A stretch of DNA of 64,000 bases from an uncultured archaeon (GTDB lineage: Archaea > Aenigmatarchaeota > Aenigmatarchaeia > PWEA01 > JAGHBM01), in contig CAZOZN010000001.1 in the NCBI GenBank assembly GCA_964584335.1, positions 147,882 through 211,881 of the forward strand. Reading direction: 5' to 3'. This document shows positions 57,835 to 64,000 of this stretch, one piece after another (the first letter of the stretch is position 1; each line of letters starts with the position of its first letter). Below the pieces are notes generated by a model, which saw nothing but the letters and a program-made list of their open reading frames with translations, had not been told where the DNA came from and ran no database searches. A program made the translations under genes and the position numbers.

Positions 57835-60800
57835 TTGGATAGTAAAGGTAGTCTTTTAGTTTCATTGTTTGTGTTTTCTATTGTTTTGTTTTCCTTTTTT
57901 GTTTTTTCTCCAGAGCTTTCGCTTGGTGAAGCGGTTTACTCAAACGGTACCTTAAGTTTTATTATCGAGAAAACTTTTTTGCAACCTAATGTTACATCAG
58001 GTGAAAATGCAAGTTTTCTCATTAACGTTACAAATAACGGAACTCAGACAATTTATAACTACAAAATTGTAGATGATTATAATGTTACTTTTTTGAACTA
58101 CACTGAATCGAATCCTGTTCATTTTGATGTAAACTATACAACAGGCCACGTAATGTGGATTTTTAACCTAAGTGTTAACGCATCGCATGAAATTTATTTG
58201 AATTTCTCCACGCTTTCCTCGGGTCTTACAACAAACAGTGCTATGGTGATGAACAGCACTGAAAACCAGACACCTATGGCTGTTGATAACGATACTTTTG
58301 ATATTTTAAGTGCTTCCACCACATCAACAACATCAACCACCTCTACGTCAACTTCTACTACAACTTCCACCACAACAACTATCCCGCAGGTTGACGTTAA
58401 CCTCACCTCTCCAGATAACGGAGGCTTGGTAAATAAAACGCCTTTCAGGCTTAACTATACTGTTAATACTCCCTCCAACTGCACGCAATACTGGAATGAA
58501 AGCGGTGCCTGGTCACCGAATTCGATAAACACTACGACTAACGGAGATTCCTGGGTTGATGTTTCCAGCATAGCCAACGGAACATACAAATGGAATGTTT
58601 TTTGTTTTGAGAAGGACAATACATCAAACAATGCTTGGGGTAGCGATACTAACTGGACTTTTACTGTTAATGCAACACCGCCCGGTGTCGACCTCAGCAT
58701 AACGAAGATTCTAATGAATCAGGAACAAATTAACGTGAATGATACAATCACTTTTATAGTAAATGTTTCGAGCTTGGGTCCTTACAACTATACGGAAGCA
58801 TGTTTCTGGGATAATTTCAACACCACTTACATAAATTTCACTTCTTCAGATTGCCCTACTTATTATGAAAATTATACCGGAGGCCAAGGCCAGATAAACA
58901 TAAACGTGAGTGATTGCAAGGGAACAATATATTCCGGAGAGACAAAAACAATTACTCTTAATTTTACTGCAAAGAGCGAGGGTAGCAGGAATAACCATGT
59001 GGAGGTTTCATCTACAGGAAGCTGGGAAAATGTAACTGATACTTATGATGAACATTATCAGATAGGTGACATGGGACCTGGGCCAGAACCACCGTTTGAT
59101 GACGGGCTCGATGACTGGAGGTCTTCAGTATCTCCACCTTATACAATACAGGGTGAAGAGACTTTCATTAACTTTTCGGTTGCCAGAATGGCTAATGATG
59201 CATCTTGTCTGAATTATCTAAAGATAATGATTCCGGAGAATTTCACATTCAATGGATTCAACTACTCGAGTGAGGATTCTGGAAACTATACATTTTCAAA
59301 CACTTCCGGTTATGTTATTTGGAATGCCACGGACGATTACTTTTTTTGCGGGGGTGAAAATTCTTACTTCGGGATTAATGTCACTTCAACTGACGGTTTC
59401 GGTCGCACAATGTTCCAGGTAATGTCAGATTCAGACAACATGACAAGTGATATAAACCTTACATTTTTCACAACAACAACATTCTGGTTTAACGGTACTG
59501 TCTTGGATAAAGATGGCAACGCAATACCTAATGTGACTGCTTCTATAGTACCAAGAAGCTTTAGTATGAATGGAGATGTTAGCTTTGGTACCTTTTCAGC
59601 GCTAACAAACGAAAACGGCACTTTCAATATAAGTAATATACCCGGCTTGAACGAGACTATTAATAAAAGTATGGGAGGACCGGGACCTGGAGGAGAAGAT
59701 AGTATTTTTTACCGTCTTAGTGCTGTCAAGTACAACGATTCACAGAACAGGTATGGAATGTACGTGGGGGCTAACTTACCTGACCTTCCCGAGAGCGAGC
59801 TAAGGTCCAGCTTCGGTCTTGGAGACCCCGATGTATACCTAAAACCTGCTGTTACTTTTCACTTAAAAGTTTGGGGGGAGGATTTCAAATCCGAGCCTAA
59901 TAACGATGATTGTTGGGAGGATGAACCTCCAACTTGTCCGCCAGACTGGGAGCCTGATTTTAACTGGACTTACATAGGTTTTAACTACGGTGTAAAGGAC
60001 AAAAATCTTGGTTACCCTGTTTCAGAGGATTTCTCTTCTCAGTCCACGGAAAGATATGTATCAGTACCCCTAGAAAGAAACTATTCCATAATGGTTTTCC
60101 CGGAATCTTCTTTCCCGATATATGTTGATTTTAATAATATACAATCCTCCTGCAATTCTACAGGTTATGACCTTAGCACAACCGGAGTAAATGCTACTTG
60201 CACAATAGCAAATGGCACATACCTTGTTGATGTTGTTGTTGATTCAAACATGACTATAGCAACATTTACAGGTTACATAAACCAGACACAAGGAATTTAT
60301 CAGGAATTAAGGATTGTTCCCTACATGCTCGGGGCCGGAAACATGATTTTCGACCAGGACGTACTTCCTTTTAACATGGGCAACATGGAAAAATGGCCTA
60401 AAAACAGTAGCTACGATGATTATTATAACCATTCGACAGGCGAATATTCTATATATCTTCCTGCCACCGAGGCACAATCTGAGATAATGCTTATGGGACT
60501 TGCAAGAAACGGTAGCAATTACTATCTTGACTATTACAAGTTAACTGCCATGGACCAAAACTTTACCGGAGGCTCATCACACAACTTTACTCTTGAAAAA
60601 CTAATAAACGGGATTTCAGGAAACATAACCTCATACAACATAACAGGCGACTGGAACGAGACTATCATTGCAAATACAAGAGAAGTTCTTTTCAGGTTGA
60701 TGAACAATGGAACCGTGTTAAGCAACGAGAATTCTTTTGTTGAGATGAAGGTTGATATAGACGGAACAGAATACATGAGGATGACAGATTCAGAGAGTGG

Positions 60801-63800
60801 TATTTTCAGCCTTCCTATAATAGAGGGTGATGAGATAGAGAAACTTACAATATATTCTCAGAGCTATTCTCCATTATCTACTCCTGTTTCCGCAAGTGTT
60901 CTAAGCGGTTCATCCAGCACTAGCAGTATTTCCTGTGGTAACGGAATATGCAATGTAAGCCTTAAGAGCTTTGAGACCTTTGACCCTGACGATCCAAATT
61001 CTACTCTAAATATATTTGTTGATTTTGTCAAGTCAACCCCTTCATGTGATGTTCCTTTCCCTTCTCATGAAGATTGTGTTTTGACAAGCGTGGATAGTGA
61101 CTCCTTTTCTCCTTTGAAGGCAATACTTTCCGGTGACATAAGCATGAGAATCAAGTATAATAATATTAACATACATTACACGAAGACTGATTTGCTTGCT
61201 TCAGGACCCCCTGATGCAGCTTTCTCCCAGAATGCAACCGAGACAGGATTGGCGGCTGCATGGAAGTTCGGGAGCAGCGGTCCCGAGATATATGATAACG
61301 TAATCTTGGGCATGCCTTATGAAAGTTCCCTGGACGGTCTTAACATAACAGTCAAAATACCTGTACTTTACGACAACGAATTTAACGTTATATGGAACTC
61401 GACAAAAGGAAACACGACTAATGAGCTTGTTGGAACAGACTACGAGGACTATATAAACACAAGATATGAAGCATATCTAAACGGAACCGGTGTTTTATGC
61501 GACGAAGATGATAAAAACTTGACTGCTGGGCTTTGTTACAGAAACAGCACTGAAAGACTTATTTTCATAAGAATACCTCACTTTACGGGTGTTGGTGTTG
61601 AGGTTTCGGGGGGAGGTTCAAGCCCCGCGAACCTTACAATATGGGATTCCACAGAGACCCAGACCAAGTATGCTGGAGATTCTGCTACCTTTTACGCAAA
61701 TTATACAAATACCACAGGCTACCCAATAAATACCACGGGAGCTAATTGTAACGTCACTTACAACAAGAGCGGTAGCTGGTCCACAGAGGCAATGTCCTTT
61801 AATTCTAGTTCTGGATTTTACGAATCACAGGAAACATTTTCTGCTCCGGGAACATACTACTGGAACGTCACCTGTTCTTCACTCAACTACACAGCAATGG
61901 CTGCAAACGATACTGTTTTAATTGACTCTTCTCCCCTTTCCTGCGGGGATACTTTAACTTCCTACACTGCTCTTAACTCCAGCCTAACGAATTGTTCGGG
62001 AAACGGTTTGAACATAGGCGCGGATGACGTAACACTGGACTGCCAGGGAAATATAATAGATGGTATTGGAGCCGGTGACTCTAACGGTATAAATAACACA
62101 GGAGGATACAACAACTTCACTATGAGAAACTGCATAATAAAAGAATTTGAGTACGGTCTGAGGGACGGATACATAGGTCCGGAAGGTGGCAATGTCTCCG
62201 AGGGCGGAACGGTAGAGAACAACACCGTATATAATATCAACAGTTCAGCTTACCAAAATCTTCTTGTTGGAAGCGGCAAGGTGTACCGGAACAACAATTT
62301 CTCGTCTTCCTTCTATTCCCTTTTCAGCAATCCTCACATCGGAGGCGGTCAATCTACAACAGAATATGTAAACTTGACCAACAACACATTCAATTCCCTT
62401 TTCGTTGTCCAGGAGAGCACAAATGTGCGTGTAAGCGAAAACGTTTTCACCACGGAAATATCGATAAGCGGAAATCATCCTTCCCCTGGTGAACCCAATT
62501 CACCTTCTTACAATGTAATATTTGAAAGCAACAATTTCACCGGAAACTTATTGAAAATAGCCAATATGACAAATTCAACAATTATAAACAACTACGGTTT
62601 GTCTTCCATTATCGTTAACGAGTCTGCAAACGTTTCAATGACGGGCAATTCTGTATGCGAGGGAGATTCAAAAATTATTCTGACTTCGGATAGCCACGAC
62701 AACACAGGAGACAACATATGCGGCAATGTGACGGACGAGGATTCAAACTCCGTTACGTGCTCGCAGTCATGTACTTTCGGAATAAGGGTGGACAGCCCAG
62801 TTAATACTGTTTATACCTCACTTCCCTTGAGCATAGAAGTTTATACCTATAAAAACGCTGACTGGTGCGGGTGGAATCTGAATGACACGGGTTCAAACGT
62901 AACAATGAACAACACTTCTCTGCAGGACTGGAACGGCAGTATAATCTCGATTTCACAGGGAGGACAACAACTTTATGTATACTGCAATGACACTTCCGGA
63001 AGCATGTTTTTAAATTCCTCCATAAACTTTAATTACGACTCTCTACCTCCCAAATATTCGGGCTCAGTAGTTTCAACCCCGTCCTCTTCAAATTATGACA
63101 ACTCGCTTTCTTACCAGTTCAACATAACCTGGTCCGATTCCAACTTGGGAACAGTCTGGATTGAGGAAAACCTTACCGGAACTTTGGCAAATCATACAGT
63201 TTCAACTAGTTCAGGAAATGAATACTATTATGATATAGGAGGACTTGCTGCAGTAAGTTATGTTTACAGGTGGATTGCCAATGATACACAGGGATTGATA
63301 AATTCAACAACACAGCAGTCTTATGTTGTTTCACAGTCAACACCAACTCTAACAGGAGCAGTAACTTCACCAATAACTTACGGAACTTCTTCAGATTATA
63401 ACGCATCCGAGTCAAACTCGGGTGATTCTGGTTGCACTTACATACTTGAGAGAAATGGAACATCTTTGGGAACGGGTTCTTCAATTTCAGACACTGCTGT
63501 ATTAGCAGCAGGCACGTACAACTACACCTACTACACAACAGGTTGCACCAACTATACAGCAAACCAGGATACGGACATACTTGTAGTTAACGAAGCAACA
63601 CCTTCAGGTTCTCTGAGCGGGTTTAATGTAACCTATCCAACATCAGTTAATGTAACAGTTTCAGAATCCAATACAGGAGACTCGGATGTCAATTATACCT
63701 TATGGAGGAACGACAGCCTTGTAAGTTCTGCTTTAGGTTCATCTCCAAGCACAATTGCTGAACAGCTTGGTGCGGGTTCTTACCTATACTTATTAAATAC

Positions 63801-64000
63801 TTCAGGAGGGGCAAATTATTCTTCTACAACATTAGATTCGCTTTATGTAAAAGTTAATAAAGGCTCGTCTTCCTGCACTCTTTCATCTTCTGAAGGCTGG
63901 TCTTTTGTTTACGGCAGTTCAACTGACCTGACCTGCTCCTGCACGGGAGACGGGACAACCCACCTTTATGTTGATGGAGAACAAAAAGACTCCTACAACT
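57835..64000 (+). CDS. Giant secreted glycoprotein, >2050 aa, truncated by window end (not in ORF track)
   Basis: TTG at 57835 after GGGTGT; open frame MDSKGSLLVSLFVFSIVLF...; many N-x-S/T sequons, DUF11-like domains, Thr linker, beta-helix segment (DVTLDCQGN). Confidence 0.85.
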   Translation, partial: MDSKGSLLVSLFVFSIVLFSFFVFSPELSLGEAVYSNGTLSFIIEKTFLQPNVTSGENASFLINVTNNGTQTIYNYKIVDDYNVTFLNYTESNPVHFDVNYTTGHVMWIFNLSVNASHEIYLNFSTLSSGLTTNSAMVMNSTENQTPMAVDNDTFDILSASTTSTTSTTSTSTSTTTSTTTTIPQVDVNLTSPDNGGLVNKTPFRLNYTVNTPSNCTQYWNESGAWSPNSINTTTNGDSWVDVSSIANGTYKWNVFCFEKDNTSNNAWGSDTNWTFTVNATPPGVDLSITKILMNQEQINVNDTITFIVNVSSLGPYNYTEACFWDNFNTTYINFTSSDCPTYYENYTGGQGQININVSDCKGTIYSGETKTITLNFTAKSEGSRNNHVEVSSTGSWENVTDTYDEHYQIGDMGPGPEPPFDDGLDDWRSSVSPPYTIQGEETFINFSVARMANDASCLNYLKIMIPENFTFNGFNYSSEDSGNYTFSNTSGYVIWNATDDYFFCGGENSYFGINVTSTDGFGRTMFQVMSDSDNMTSDINLTFFTTTTFWFNGTVLDKDGNAIPNVTASIVPRSFSMNGDVSFGTFSALTNENGTFNISNIPGLNETINKSMGGPGPGGEDSIFYRLSAVKYNDSQNRYGMYVGANLPDLPESELRSSFGLGDPDVYLKPAVTFHLKVWGEDFKSEPNNDDCWEDEPPTCPPDWEPDFNWTYIGFNYGVKDKNLGYPVSEDFSSQSTERYVSVPLERNYSIMVFPESSFPIYVDFNNIQSSCNSTGYDLSTTGVNATCTIANGTYLVDVVVDSNMTIATFTGYINQTQGIYQELRIVPYMLGAGNMIFDQDVLPFNMGNMEKWPKNSSYDDYYNHSTGEYSIYLPATEAQSEIMLMGLARNGSNYYLDYYKLTAMDQNFTGGSSHNFTLEKLINGISGNITSYNITGDWNETIIANTREVLFRLMNNGTVLSNENSFVEMKVDIDGTEYMRMTDSESGIFSLPIIEGDEIEKLTIYSQSYSPLSTPVSASVLSGSSSTSSISCGNGICNVSLKSFETFDPDDPNSTLNIFVDFVKSTPSCDVPFPSHEDCVLTSVDSDSFSPLKAILSGDISMRIKYNNINIHYTKTDLLASGPPDAAFSQNATETGLAAAWKFGSSGPEIYDNVILGMPYESSLDGLNITVKIPVLYDNEFNVIWNSTKGNTTNELVGTDYEDYINTRYEAYLNGTGVLCDEDDKNLTAGLCYRNSTERLIFIRIPHFTGVGVEVSGGGSSPANLTIWDSTETQTKYAGDSATFYANYTNTTGYPINTTGANCNVTYNKSGSWSTEAMSFNSSSGFYESQETFSAPGTYYWNVTCSSLNYTAMAANDTVLIDSSPLSCGDTLTSYTALNSSLTNCSGNGLNIGADDVTLDCQGNIIDGIGAGDSNGINNTGGYNNFTMRNCIIKEFEYGLRDGYIGPEGGNVSEGGTVENNTVYNINSSAYQNLLVGSGKVYRNNNFSSSFYSLFSNPHIGGGQSTTEYVNLTNNTFNSLFVVQESTNVRVSENVFTTEISISGNHPSPGEPNSPSYNVIFESNNFTGNLLKIANMTNSTIINNYGLSSIIVNESANVSMTGNSVCEGDSKIILTSDSHDNTGDNICGNVTDEDSNSVTCSQSCTFGIRVDSPVNTVYTSLPLSIEVYTYKNADWCGWNLNDTGSNVTMNNTSLQDWNGSIISISQGGQQLYVYCNDTSGSMFLNSSINFNYDSLPPKYSGSVVSTPSSSNYDNSLSYQFNITWSDSNLGTVWIEENLTGTLANHTVSTSSGNEYYYDIGGLAAVSYVYRWIANDTQGLINSTTQQSYVVSQSTPTLTGAVTSPITYGTSSDYNASESNSGDSGCTYILERNGTSLGTGSSISDTAVLAAGTYNYTYYTTGCTNYTANQDTDILVVNEATPSGSLSGFNVTYPTSVNVTVSESNTGDSDVNYTLWRNDSLVSSALGSSPSTIAEQLGAGSYLYLLNTSGGANYSSTTLDSLYVKVNKGSSSCTLSSSEGWSFVYGSSTDLTCSCTGDGTTHLYVDGEQKDSYN

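Noticed and set aside
1-64000. Stop-codon reassignment or programmed frameshifting
   Set aside because: Conserved genes are full length under the standard code and end in TAA, TAG or TGA; no split genes seen

Overview
AT-rich archaeal chromosome segment, probably DPANN (inferred from gene content: TBP, RpoL, TFS, aIF-2beta, MCM, RFC, NurA, AMP phosphorylase, form III RuBisCO, R15P isomerase). About 40 kb is housekeeping genes plus two giant type IV pilin-like genes. The last ~23 kb is dominated by large secreted proteins. I saw no tRNA, rRNA, CRISPR array or transposase. Main observations: (1) a 29-codon gene missed by the ORF track that resembles bacterial ribosomal protein bS22 and starts at ATT; (2) widespread Shine-Dalgarno (SD)-anchored non-ATG starts (about 10 TTG, 2 well-supported ATT, a few weaker cases); (3) a five-gene surface-protein locus (41353-55985) headed by a small secreted protein with tandem promoter-like repeats and a ~170-nt structured leader, where three members share a TG-x4-SP/TM/basic C-terminal signal; (4) a perfect operator palindrome upstream of a thioredoxin operon that also encodes a two-Cys regulator. 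All family assignments come from motif recognition, not database searches.
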